Shown here: positions 19,106-27,333 of the stretch, one piece after another
Position numbering within the stretch: the first letter of the stretch is position 1
Layout: each line of letters begins with the position of its first letter
Source of the DNA: a virus
Lineage: Duplodnaviria > Caudoviricetes
Virus record (IMG/VR): IMGVR_UViG_3300005573_000105
Span: 1 to 59,303 of that record
Strand: one strand, 5' to 3'
DNA length: 59,303 nt
Notes under the pieces: generated by a model
Databases searched by the model: none
Told to the model about the DNA's origin: nothing
Seen by the model: only the letters and a program-made list of their open reading frames with translations
Made by a program: the position numbers and the translations under genes

Positions 19106-19947
19106 TGGTAAGTTTTCTCCTCTGATAGCTCTGCAGCGTCTTTGGCGCCAGGCGGTAGGTTAACCTTCTGCACAGTGGCGCCTGGACAGTAGGATTGCAA
19201 GTAGCGAAGAAAGTAAAGATATAGGTGAGAAGGAACATCGGCATCAGGCACCAAATAGATGCTAGCGAACCCCATGTCACATAGATAAAGCAGAAGTGAA
19301 GGAGACAGCCGCTGGCCGAGTGTAGCGATTACAGCAAACTGATCGGTAAGCGAAGCGATGCGCAAGGCATCAAGTGGACCCTCAACAATAATGACCGATG
19401 AGCTCTTCCCGTAGGAGAAGAGACCCGTGGCATCTGTTTGAGAGAGATATCTAGGAGAAAGGTGAGCACGCATAGCGCGGCCTGTCCAACCAGAGGTGAG
19501 GGGGATAATCAACCTCCCTGCCCACTTACCTATCGAGGCGATTCGAAGATCAAACCGCTTACATACGTCTCGAGGGTTGCTGAAGCCTCGTTCGCTCAGA
19601 TAGTTGAGAGCCTCTTGATTGTCGATAGCAGAACTGAAGGTATGAAACTCGCGGAAGAACTCAGCGGGCTTGGCAACAATGGCCTCTGTCTGCTCTTTGC
19701 CAGATTTGAGATTGAGGCCTGCCGTTGGAATCTTCAGTACATTGAAGAGATAGTAGAGACTACCTCCTTGATGACGAGAGTTGCGCCAACAGTACCAACC
19801 ACTGCCTGATTCTGAGATGGATAAATGAAAAGAAGGGTCGTTCTTACAAAATGGGCACGCAATATTCACGTTGCCGGCTGAACAATTAGCACCGCGATCC
19901 CGCCAAGGGATACGATTTCGATCTAAAATGCCTCTGAGATCAAGCAC
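19009..19947 (-). CDS. DNA primase (zinc finger + TOPRIM)
   Basis: CPFC...H...CWR zinc finger, YLSERG, IVEGPLDA, PDAD, KDAAE. Confidence 0.9.
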   Translation of the reverse strand: MLDLRGILDRNRIPWRDRGANCSAGNVNIACPFCKNDPSFHLSISESGSGWYCWRNSRHQGGSLYYLFNVLKIPTAGLNLKSGKEQTEAIVAKPAEFFREFHTFSSAIDNQEALNYLSERGFSNPRDVCKRFDLRIASIGKWAGRLIIPLTSGWTGRAMRAHLSPRYLSQTDATGLFSYGKSSSVIIVEGPLDALRIASLTDQFAVIATLGQRLSPSLLLYLCDMGFASIYLVPDADVPSHLYLYFLRYLQSYCPGATVQKVNLPPGAKDAAELSEEKTYQWLHVIGSRFFQSGPDLGNNGLKTIAARTGGV

Positions 19948-20339
19948 TTCTTGGCGCGCCTCTCTACCCAGGAAAGCTTTACGGATGCCCGGATCTTTTC
20001 AATGTGCTCAGGTGCCAGTTGCGTTCCCCGCGACCGTTTCTTCTTCGGGCGACCGCCTGCTCCGCCAGCATCTAAGTTGTATCCTGTGGAATTGCTTTGA
20101 TATTTCTCAATATACTCTTTTTCCATCCGGTTGAGCGTTCGGGTTTGTTTTACGTCTGCCAGTAACATAATCTCAAAGTTATCTAGCCTGTGTGTCCGCA
20201 TGGCTTCATACAACGGCCATTTGTAACGGCCGATACGCGCTTCGGTTTTGTGCTGCCTCCATCGAAACTGAGGGGTCCGTGAGGTCTTCCCTACGTAGCA
20301 CTTGCCGTCAATCTTATTGCGAATCAGGTAGATTGTCAT
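19923..20339 (-). CDS. GIY-YIG homing endonuclease (free-standing)
   Basis: TIYLIRNKIDGKCYVGKT, RWRQH, E...GYN; real start MTIY at 20339. Confidence 0.88.
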   Translation of the reverse strand: MTIYLIRNKIDGKCYVGKTSRTPQFRWRQHKTEARIGRYKWPLYEAMRTHRLDNFEIMLLADVKQTRTLNRMEKEYIEKYQSNSTGYNLDAGGAGGRPKKKRSRGTQLAPEHIEKIRASVKLSWVERRAKKCLISEAF

Positions 20340-20362
20340 TGTAACTAAGCAATTTTGGTTCC

Positions 20363-20722
20363 CTAAATTACGTACCGGAGCAACTTCGATTTCGCGTAGA
20401 AGGGAAAGGAGCGGTCTACGGCAAACGGAAGTAGATGAAAGTTGTTGATCAAAGTGCTGAGCGTCACCGGAATCTCCTGAGATTCCATCCACCCAATCAA
20501 GCATCGGGTGGTCTGAACGAGTAAGGCGCTTCTTTCGTTTCTGCTGAGATTACCTTCAACGGCGTTTTCAAGGAAGTCCCACGCCAGTGAGCAGACCTCC
20601 TCTAGCTTCTCTTTGCCGATCTTTTTCTCCAGCGCCGCTTCACTGAGCGCGCGTTGCGACGGGAGAAGTTCGCGTAGGACGTTGCACAAGATCCCCCGAT
20701 TTTCTACAGCTAGAGCAGCCAC
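20363..20722 (-). CDS. Hypothetical protein
   Basis: GGAG RBS with GTG start; operon context. Confidence 0.65.
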   Translation of the reverse strand: MAALAVENRGILCNVLRELLPSQRALSEAALEKKIGKEKLEEVCSLAWDFLENAVEGNLSRNERSALLVQTTRCLIGWMESQEIPVTLSTLINNFHLLPFAVDRSFPFYAKSKLLRYVI

Positions 20723-20939
20723 AGGCTATCTCCACTTTCTTCGCTAGGGCTGGCCGATACTCAGTCAACCAACGTTTGACGTCTGCTATCCGAAACAAAA
20801 CCTTCCGCGAGTTGGTACCGCGAACTGCCTTTATACACGGAAACGGGGTCATGGACCCGTAGCCACGACGCCACAGATAAATGGTCATCGCCGTGACTTC
20901 AAGACGATGTTCAAGTTGACGTTGTGTTAAGTATGCCAT
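20640..20939 (-). CDS. Excisionase/AlpA-like winged-helix DNA-binding protein
   Basis: YLTQRQLEHRLEVTAMTIYLWRR...PFP...VLFRIADVKRWL; first gene of the leftward operon. Confidence 0.7.
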   Translation of the reverse strand: MAYLTQRQLEHRLEVTAMTIYLWRRGYGSMTPFPCIKAVRGTNSRKVLFRIADVKRWLTEYRPALAKKVEIACGCSSCRKSGDLVQRPTRTSPVATRAQ

Positions 20940-20962
20940 CGATTTGATTTTCTACGTATTAA

Positions 20963-20991
20963 TTTATATAGACTTTCAATCAAATTGTCAA
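20963..20991 (-). promoter_or_regulatory. Sigma70 promoter for the replication operon
   Basis: TTGACA (20991-20986), 17 nt, TATAAA (20968-20963). Confidence 0.75.
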
Positions 20992-21045
20992 CCATCAATT
21001 TTTGCACAGATTTTCACCAAACGCATGAAAAATTAAACACAAGTT

Positions 21046-21088
21046 TTCAGGAGCCGCGCCTTGCCTACGTAGTAGGCAGGCTCCTGAA
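21046..21088. repeat. Nested inverted repeat in the divergent intergenic region
   Basis: TTCAGGAGCC/GGCTCCTGAA enclosing TGCCTAC-gta-GTAGGCA. Confidence 0.8.
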
Positions 21089-21249
21089 CATGCATAACAT
21101 AACGATTGTTAATCTGATTACTAATGCTTTGTTTTAAGCTCGTGAAGGCGAAAAACGGTATAGTAGCTTCGTACTGCGAACTTCTACGAACGCGAGTCGT
21201 ACGGAAGCGCCCGGGTCGCTATTTCTCAGCCAACACCCTAGACATCTGG

Positions 21250-21278
21250 TTGACTTCGTTACCCATTTTACCTACCAT
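21250..21278 (+). promoter_or_regulatory. Sigma70-like promoter for terS (near-leaderless)
   Basis: TTGACT, 17 nt, TACCAT; ATG 9 nt downstream with no obvious SD. Confidence 0.55.
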
Positions 21279-21287
21279 CTCAATACA

Positions 21288-21743
21288 ATGGAGCGCGTTA
21301 AGTTAACTGATCCCCCAATACCCTCGTTAGCCCTTCTAGCACCAACTAAGAAAGGGAAGGGGAAGGGCTGGAGGAAGATCGATATTGACATTTCTTCACT
21401 CTATCGCCTCGCCAGGATGGGGGCCACTCAGGCAGAGGCAGCTAGCTTCTTCTGTATGACACAGAATTGTTTTGAGCAACGCTTGCATGGGGATGCCGAG
21501 CTCCGTGAGATATGGGATCGTGGTATCGCGGAATCCAAGTTATCGTTGCGCCGCTTGCAGATCAAACATGCTGAACGCCCAGGAATGGCCGGAGTAACAA
21601 TGACAATTCATCTCAGCAAGCACTGGCTTGGTGAACATGATATGCCCACCTCCCTTACTCAGATAAAGAATGAGGGGCCAGCGGTGATGAGCTTCCAGTT
21701 TGATTCGCCTGCCGAAAAGCTGCACAACGCTGGGCTAGACTAG
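21288..21743 (+). CDS. terS: Terminase small subunit
   Basis: HTH (LARMGATQAEAASFF), SLRRLQ...MTIHLSKHWLG; immediately upstream of terL. Confidence 0.8.
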   Translation: MERVKLTDPPIPSLALLAPTKKGKGKGWRKIDIDISSLYRLARMGATQAEAASFFCMTQNCFEQRLHGDAELREIWDRGIAESKLSLRRLQIKHAERPGMAGVTMTIHLSKHWLGEHDMPTSLTQIKNEGPAVMSFQFDSPAEKLHNAGLD

Positions 21744-21744
21744 A

Positions 21745-23268
21745 ATGGCTCCCCTCGAAACCCCCCTCCCCCCACGCCGACGAGTCGAATGGCAGAGACC
21801 ACATCTATACAAAAAACAGCTCGACGCCATATTCACTACCGCCCGGTACGCTATTATCGAAGCCTCGACAAAAAGCGGCAAGACAGTTGGTTGTCTCACC
21901 TGGCTGATTGAGCAAGCCGTGATGGGCAAGGATGGGCGGAACTACTGGTGGGTGGCTCCTTCTTTTCGCCAAGCAGCTATTGCGTTCCGCCGAGCTAAGG
22001 GGGGTCTCTCCAGAGACACGTTCAGCAGTAATGATACCAACTTGATGCTTAAGCTGTGCAACGGCGCAATGATCTGGTTTATCTCGGGCGAAATACCAGA
22101 TAACCTTTATGGTGAGGATGTTTACGCCTGTGTCATTGATGAAGCCTCCCGTTTGCGCGAAGCTGCCTGGCATGCTATTCGTTCCACCCTCACAGCTACT
22201 CGCGGCCCGATTCGAATCATTGGCAATGTCAAGGGGCGCAAGTCTTGGTTTTACAAACTCGCCCGAAAAGCAGAGGCCGGCGAACCCGACATGCATTTCT
22301 CCCGAATCCAAGCGAAAGATGCCGTAGCAGCGGGAGTCTTAGCCGCAGAGGAGATTGCGGACGCCAAGAGCAAGTTGCCGGACAATGTGTTCAAAGAGCT
22401 CTACGAAGCTGAGCCTGGAGACGACTCTGGTAACCCCTTTGGATTGGAGGCCATTCGGAAGTGCACCCAGTTGATGTCCCTCACAACCCCCATATGTTAT
22501 GGCGTCGATCTCGCGAAGTCTACCGATTGGACGGTCATCATTGGTTTAGATGAGGCTGGGAACTGTTGCTACTACGAGCGTTTCCAGCGGCCTTGGCTAG
22601 AGACGGTTAAGCGGATTAAAGATGTGGTCGGACATACCCAGTGTTTGATGGACTCTACTGGGGTAGGCGATGCCGTGGTGGAATTCATTCAGCGTAACTA
22701 CGGTAGCAACTTCGAAGGCTTCAAGTTTAGTGCCACCAGTAAGCAGCAGCTAATGGAAGGGTTGACACTAGCGGTGCAGGGTTCAGCCATTACCTTCCCA
22801 CAAGAGGTGGCAGATGAAATGGAGGAGTTTGAATACACCTATACGCGCACAGGAGTCTTTTACAGCGCGCCTGAAGGTCTTCATGACGACTGTGTCTGCG
22901 CATTAGCCTTAGCCAATCAGAAGTTAAACCACCTGACTGGCGCCATGGGATTGCTTCGCCACTATCAGAACATGGCTCAGGCGGCGAATGCAGAAACCAA
23001 ACCCGAGAAAGCACCGGGAATACGACCTGTTCCACCCAAGCCAGTTACCGAAGTTCCTTCTCCTGTAAAAGCCTACCAAGAGACGCTAGCCAAGATGGAG
23101 TTGAAAGATGTCTGCTGCTACTGTGGGGGATCGCTTGATGCGGGACGTTGTACCGACGGCTACAAATCCTGGTGTCAACCTTGCAACGTGCCCGACTGGG
23201 TTCGCGCACAACGGGCCGCAACCTTGCCAAATACGTGCGATGTGACATTTCCTGAGGCGTCAACATAG
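21745..23268 (+). CDS. terL: Terminase large subunit with C-terminal Cys-rich extension
   Basis: TKSGKT, WWVAP, VIDEA, GVDLA, DSTGVGD, HDDCV. Confidence 0.92.
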   Translation: MAPLETPLPPRRRVEWQRPHLYKKQLDAIFTTARYAIIEASTKSGKTVGCLTWLIEQAVMGKDGRNYWWVAPSFRQAAIAFRRAKGGLSRDTFSSNDTNLMLKLCNGAMIWFISGEIPDNLYGEDVYACVIDEASRLREAAWHAIRSTLTATRGPIRIIGNVKGRKSWFYKLARKAEAGEPDMHFSRIQAKDAVAAGVLAAEEIADAKSKLPDNVFKELYEAEPGDDSGNPFGLEAIRKCTQLMSLTTPICYGVDLAKSTDWTVIIGLDEAGNCCYYERFQRPWLETVKRIKDVVGHTQCLMDSTGVGDAVVEFIQRNYGSNFEGFKFSATSKQQLMEGLTLAVQGSAITFPQEVADEMEEFEYTYTRTGVFYSAPEGLHDDCVCALALANQKLNHLTGAMGLLRHYQNMAQAANAETKPEKAPGIRPVPPKPVTEVPSPVKAYQETLAKMELKDVCCYCGGSLDAGRCTDGYKSWCQPCNVPDWVRAQRAATLPNTCDVTFPEAST

Positions 23269-23318
23269 GAAAGCCTATATCATGCTGTAGTAATGCCATC
23301 TTGAAGGAGTCTAACTAA

Positions 23319-25025
23319 ATGGACGACGATAATTTTTTCGGAAGCCCTCCGATGACCAAGGGTCCTCGAGGTGGGAGTCCTCAGCCCGTCAGTCCCGGCT
23401 TTGGCATGACAGGTCGACCAGGCACAGGCACCTTCCCTCGGCAGCTCCCGAAGCCCATTTACGGGCGTCCCGGCGATTTTAATGGTAACGAACGCGCTGC
23501 TCAGAGCCAACGAGGCGACCGTGCGCAGGCTGCTTTGATGCCAATGCCTCGGGGGCTGACTTCGGACGATGAGCGTTACAATCCTCAGCCTCCCAACTTC
23601 ATTGATGATGTCGACATTGACCTCAACTGGTTTTCTCCCTTTCAGCCTGTCTGGCCCTTCGGTCCCCCGTATGTCAACTATCCTCGAGAGTGGGATTACC
23701 CGGTCGGCGTTAACCTGGATTACATGCCTCGCCGGATGCAGATGTTCAGCATGCTACGGACGCTGGCACAGAGTTGGGGCATCCTGGCTACCGTAATCGA
23801 AGCCCGCATAGATGAGTTAGTTGGGATGCCCTGGACATTCGCTCTTAAAGGCATAGAGAAGGGAGCGAAGAGCTCAGCTAATGACCCTCGGGTGAAAGCG
23901 CTAACTCAGTTCTTTCTCAAACCCGATCGAAAGCATGTCTACCCAATATGGATGCGCATGATCTTTCGAGACCGTTACATTATCGATGCCGCTACGGTGC
24001 ACATCTGGCGCAACGCACTGGGAACAACCCCTTATGCCCTAGAACCTATCGATGGGGCTACTATCAAGCCGCTGATTGATGATTCTGGTCGCACCCCCGA
24101 CTTTCCAAACCCGGCGTTTCAGCAGATTATCAAGGGTCTGCCGATGAACAACTACACAGAGCGTGACTTACTTTACATGCCCGCTCGGCCTCGCACAGAC
24201 TTGCCCATTTACGGCTACTCGGAAGTAGAACAGGTTATGATGGAGGCAACGGAGGGGATTCGGAAGACGCTCTACATGCTTAACTTCTGGCAGGAGGGTA
24301 CGATACCAGACGTGATGCTTGGGGTACCCGAAACCTGGACACCTGAACAGATTGCAATATGGCAAGCAAGTTTTGACGCCCTGCTCTCCGGCAACATGAA
24401 CTTGAAGTCCAAGATTCGGTTCATTCCTGGAGGGATGAAGCCGTTCGAGATGAAGGGGAGTGCAGGTGACTTACTCAAATCTGACTACGACGAGTGGATC
24501 GCCCGCATTATCTGCTTTGCCTTTCGGATGCCACCCAAGCCTTTCATCAAGGAACCAGAAAGTCGGGCCTCCGCCGAACAGGAAAAAGAACAGATAACCC
24601 AGCAAGGGTTGCGGGTCGAAATGCTCTGGTGGAAGTCTTTCATGGACAGCTTGATCCGCCTAGGGTGGGGATACGACGATATTGAGCTCTCCTGGCAAGA
24701 AGATGACGAGGTAGCTGCTACAGATGAGGCAACTGTTCTTAACTCCTACGTCAAGACGGGAGTAATGACGCTCAATGAGTCTCGAAATCGATTGGGCTTG
24801 GACCCGGTGGACGGCGGGGATGTCAATCTCATCTATACAGCTTCGGGAGCTGTGCCCTTCGATCAGATGGCTGCTGGCGTGGCTATTCAGATGCAACAGC
24901 AAGCGGCGGAGGCTAAGCAGAATCAACCTGAAGCGAATGGCAAATCGAATAACAAAGGAGGGGCAGTTGCCAAGAATGCTGACCCTTTAGCCTTACCGCT
25001 GAGCCTAGCTTGGAGAAAATACTAA
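23319..25025 (+). CDS. Portal protein
   Basis: LEPIDGATI, YGYSEVEQ, GTIPD, WIARIICFAF, GVMTLNESRNRLGLDPVDGGD. Confidence 0.92.
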   Translation: MDDDNFFGSPPMTKGPRGGSPQPVSPGFGMTGRPGTGTFPRQLPKPIYGRPGDFNGNERAAQSQRGDRAQAALMPMPRGLTSDDERYNPQPPNFIDDVDIDLNWFSPFQPVWPFGPPYVNYPREWDYPVGVNLDYMPRRMQMFSMLRTLAQSWGILATVIEARIDELVGMPWTFALKGIEKGAKSSANDPRVKALTQFFLKPDRKHVYPIWMRMIFRDRYIIDAATVHIWRNALGTTPYALEPIDGATIKPLIDDSGRTPDFPNPAFQQIIKGLPMNNYTERDLLYMPARPRTDLPIYGYSEVEQVMMEATEGIRKTLYMLNFWQEGTIPDVMLGVPETWTPEQIAIWQASFDALLSGNMNLKSKIRFIPGGMKPFEMKGSAGDLLKSDYDEWIARIICFAFRMPPKPFIKEPESRASAEQEKEQITQQGLRVEMLWWKSFMDSLIRLGWGYDDIELSWQEDDEVAATDEATVLNSYVKTGVMTLNESRNRLGLDPVDGGDVNLIYTASGAVPFDQMAAGVAIQMQQQAAEAKQNQPEANGKSNNKGGAVAKNADPLALPLSLAWRKY

Positions 25026-25096
25026 CTCGCTTTCTGGCCCAGCAGGGAACTAAGATCGCCAACCATCTTGGTATATTACAGCATGCTCATCTATAA
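24983..25096 (+). other. Candidate -1 frameshift site (C CCT TTA) and portal extension frame
   Basis: In-frame X XXY YYZ heptamer at 24983-24989; -1 frame open to TAA at 25094-25096 (SLTAEPSLEKILTRFLAQQGTKIANHLGILQHAHL). Confidence 0.5.
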
Positions 25097-25631
25097 GATC
25101 ACCAATACGATCAACGGCAAGATCTACATCGGTCAGACGTCTAAGTCTGTGGAACAGCGCTGGCGCGAACACTGTCTGGATGCAAGTCGGAAAGGCCCTG
25201 CTCGCTCGGCTATCCACGCAGCAATTCGTAAGTATGGTCCAGATAAGTTCTCTATTCAGGAAGTTACTTCCTGTGCTACACAAGAGGAGCTTAACCTGGC
25301 CGAAGTGCACTACATCAAAGAATTGCAAGCCAATTGGGCTTACTTCGGGTACAACCTGGCGGAGGGGGGTTATAGACCCGGCCACTCAGAAGCCACTAGA
25401 AAACGCATGTCGGCCTCCCAGAAGTTGGTTAAGCACAAACCTCACACAGAGACAACCAAAGCTCGTATGTCTGCTGCTCACAAAGGGATTATCTTTACTG
25501 AGGAGCATAAAGCAAAGCTATCCGCGGCTCGCAAGGGAAGGACGTTCCAGCCATTATCCGCTGAAACCAAAGCCAAGCTCTCCTTGGCTAATAAAGGGCG
25601 GAAACTCGTGCGGAGATCTAATGCCACTTAG
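25083..25631 (+). CDS. GIY-YIG homing endonuclease with NUMOD3 repeats
   Basis: LIYKITNTINGKIYIGQT, RWREH, GYNL; HSEATRKRMS/HTETTKARMS/TEEHKAKLS/SAETKAKLS repeats; preceded by TGGTATATT. Confidence 0.92.
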   Translation: MLIYKITNTINGKIYIGQTSKSVEQRWREHCLDASRKGPARSAIHAAIRKYGPDKFSIQEVTSCATQEELNLAEVHYIKELQANWAYFGYNLAEGGYRPGHSEATRKRMSASQKLVKHKPHTETTKARMSAAHKGIIFTEEHKAKLSAARKGRTFQPLSAETKAKLSLANKGRKLVRRSNAT

Positions 25632-26265
25632 TCCAGACGAAGCCGACGAGTTCATCAATTCACTCCAGCTTAACTGGAGTGACTTATTGCCTCTAATCAT
25701 TCCTATTCTCCAAGCTGAGGCGGAGGAAAGCGCTCGTGAGTTCTTTCTCAGCATTGGCTTCAACACAGTGCATGATTACGATCTGTGGAATCGAATCTTG
25801 CAGGAGGCTCGTGATGCAGCGCGCGACAGGGGAGCTAAGTTAGTGGGGAAACGTGTCCTGCCTGATGGTTCTATCATTGATAATCCAAATCCAGAGTGGT
25901 CGATTACCGAAACGACACGAGATAACCTGCGCAAGCTCGTCCAGCAGGCCATTGACGAAGGTTGGACGATTAATCAGACCCAGCATCAGATCATCAACTC
26001 TGAGTCCTTTGCCCCTAGTCGCGCTCTCAATATCTCAAGGACAGAGTCTGCGTTTGCACGTTCAATGGGTACCTTCGTCTCAGCCAAGAATACTGGGATG
26101 GCGTTGAAAGACTGGATGCTGGGGGATGAAGCTTGCGACATCTGTCAGGCCAATGCAGCTCAAGGGAAGATTCCCATCTTGGAAGTTTTTGAGTCCGGTG
26201 ACCTCTACGTCCCCGCCCACCCTAACTGTCGGTGCGCCAATGGCTATTATCCATCGGAGGAGTAA
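25621..26265 (+). CDS. Head morphogenesis/minor capsid protein, Mu gpF / SPP1 gp7 family
   Basis: ITETTR, RALNISRTE, KDW, CDIC, PAHPNCRC; ATG at 25621. Confidence 0.88.
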   Translation: MPLSPDEADEFINSLQLNWSDLLPLIIPILQAEAEESAREFFLSIGFNTVHDYDLWNRILQEARDAARDRGAKLVGKRVLPDGSIIDNPNPEWSITETTRDNLRKLVQQAIDEGWTINQTQHQIINSESFAPSRALNISRTESAFARSMGTFVSAKNTGMALKDWMLGDEACDICQANAAQGKIPILEVFESGDLYVPAHPNCRCANGYYPSEE

Positions 26266-26444
26266 TGGAGAAACAACCACTATCCGCTGACCGCGCAATA
26301 CCTACCACCGCTGAAATACTGATAGAAGCAGCTGAGTTAATTAAGCAAGTTCTGCCCCCAGACTACTATGGCCGGGTTATACTAATCTTTGAGAAAGGCA
26401 AAGCTACCCGCACTGAGGTGCAGCAGTCCTTCAAACTAACATGA
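26265..26444 (+). CDS. Small hypothetical protein
   Basis: GGAGG RBS, TAATG coupling; YYGRVILIFEKG. Confidence 0.6.
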   Translation: MEKQPLSADRAIPTTAEILIEAAELIKQVLPPDYYGRVILIFEKGKATRTEVQQSFKLT

Positions 26445-26686
26445 AGTTATTCTTATCCAACTCGACTTTATCAGCGCTCTCAAAGGCGCAGTTTATCTGC
26501 CCTGGTGATGTGGGTGTCCACATTCCAGAAAACATACTCATCACTCCGCAGATGCACGGTGAGATTGAGGACTTACTCAGAATGCTGCAGCTTCCTGTTC
26601 GCGAGGCTGCGCACTGCGTCCTGGCCTCCCTCCTTGAGCAGCAGGGCATCAAGTTCCCTGACTCCCCCTCCCATCCCACACAATAA
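26441..26686 (+). CDS. Hypothetical protein
   Basis: ORF closely following the previous gene. Confidence 0.5.
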   Translation: MKLFLSNSTLSALSKAQFICPGDVGVHIPENILITPQMHGEIEDLLRMLQLPVREAAHCVLASLLEQQGIKFPDSPSHPTQ

Positions 26687-26718
26687 CAAAAAACAATTAA
26701 AAAAATTTTAGATCATGG

Positions 26719-26762
26719 TTGACTTTCCCCGATGATTATATATAATGAATACATCAGGAGGC
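26719..26762 (+). promoter_or_regulatory. Early sigma70 promoter cassette copy C with RBS
   Basis: TTGACT, 16 nt, TATAAT-GAATACATCAGGAGG, same core as copies A/B; A-rich UP-like tract upstream. Confidence 0.85.
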
Positions 26763-26768
26763 AGTACA

Positions 26769-26987
26769 ATGGTCAGGCTCTACGGCAGAGAATACAAAGC
26801 AGAGAAGATCGGCGGGGGTCTTATCCGTCTCACAGCTTACACAAAAGGTGGGGGCCCAGACTTCCTCCGCACTATCGATGACGTTATGGAGGGCTCGCTG
26901 ACCGCCTTCAAACACTACCTAGGATTCAAAGCCTACGCAGCTGTGGTGACTGAATTGGCAATCAATCGTCAGTCCAAATCCAAGTAG
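26769..26987 (+). CDS. Early hypothetical protein
   Basis: AGGAGG RBS; first gene after promoter C. Confidence 0.65.
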   Translation: MVRLYGREYKAEKIGGGLIRLTAYTKGGGPDFLRTIDDVMEGSLTAFKHYLGFKAYAAVVTELAINRQSKSK

Positions 26988-27050
26988 CACTGGTTGGTTA
27001 TCAGTATAACAACAGACCAGAGGCAACCAGCCTCACAAGAGGAAACAACA

Positions 27051-27287
27051 ATGAGCTATATTCCGCACCCGATGGACCGCATACCGAATGATACATTGGA
27101 CGTTTACGCTAAACTCCGGCACCGCATTGAGGCCGGCGAGCTGATCACCTATTACGAAGGCGAAGAGATCTACCAAAACGATATGCTCTGGGACGACGCC
27201 TGGAGCGGCCACGAGCGCACGGAAGAGCCGGGGGAGGGCTGGTACGCGGCGGACTGTCGCGCCGACAATCCTGCTGAGGAAAACTAG
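27051..27287 (+). CDS. Acidic early hypothetical protein
   Basis: GAGG RBS; D/E-rich 78 aa. Confidence 0.6.
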   Translation: MSYIPHPMDRIPNDTLDVYAKLRHRIEAGELITYYEGEEIYQNDMLWDDAWSGHERTEEPGEGWYAADCRADNPAEEN

Positions 27288-27333
27288 TCGGTTGTTGGTT
27301 GCTTTTAGCCGGATTCCTTTACTGGAGAACTGC

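Noticed and set aside
20640-20939. Evidence of a temperate lifestyle from the Xis-like gene
   Set aside because: No integrase, CI-like repressor or parAB recognised in an apparently complete genome
25180-25620. N-terminal extension of gpF in the ORF track
   Set aside because: Out-of-frame shadow of the HEG; gpF-like sequence starts at ATG 25621
25026-25631. Group I intron housing the GIY-YIG gene
   Set aside because: Only ~57 nt upstream and none downstream (overlaps gpF start), too little for a ribozyme core; same for the HEG at 19923-20339
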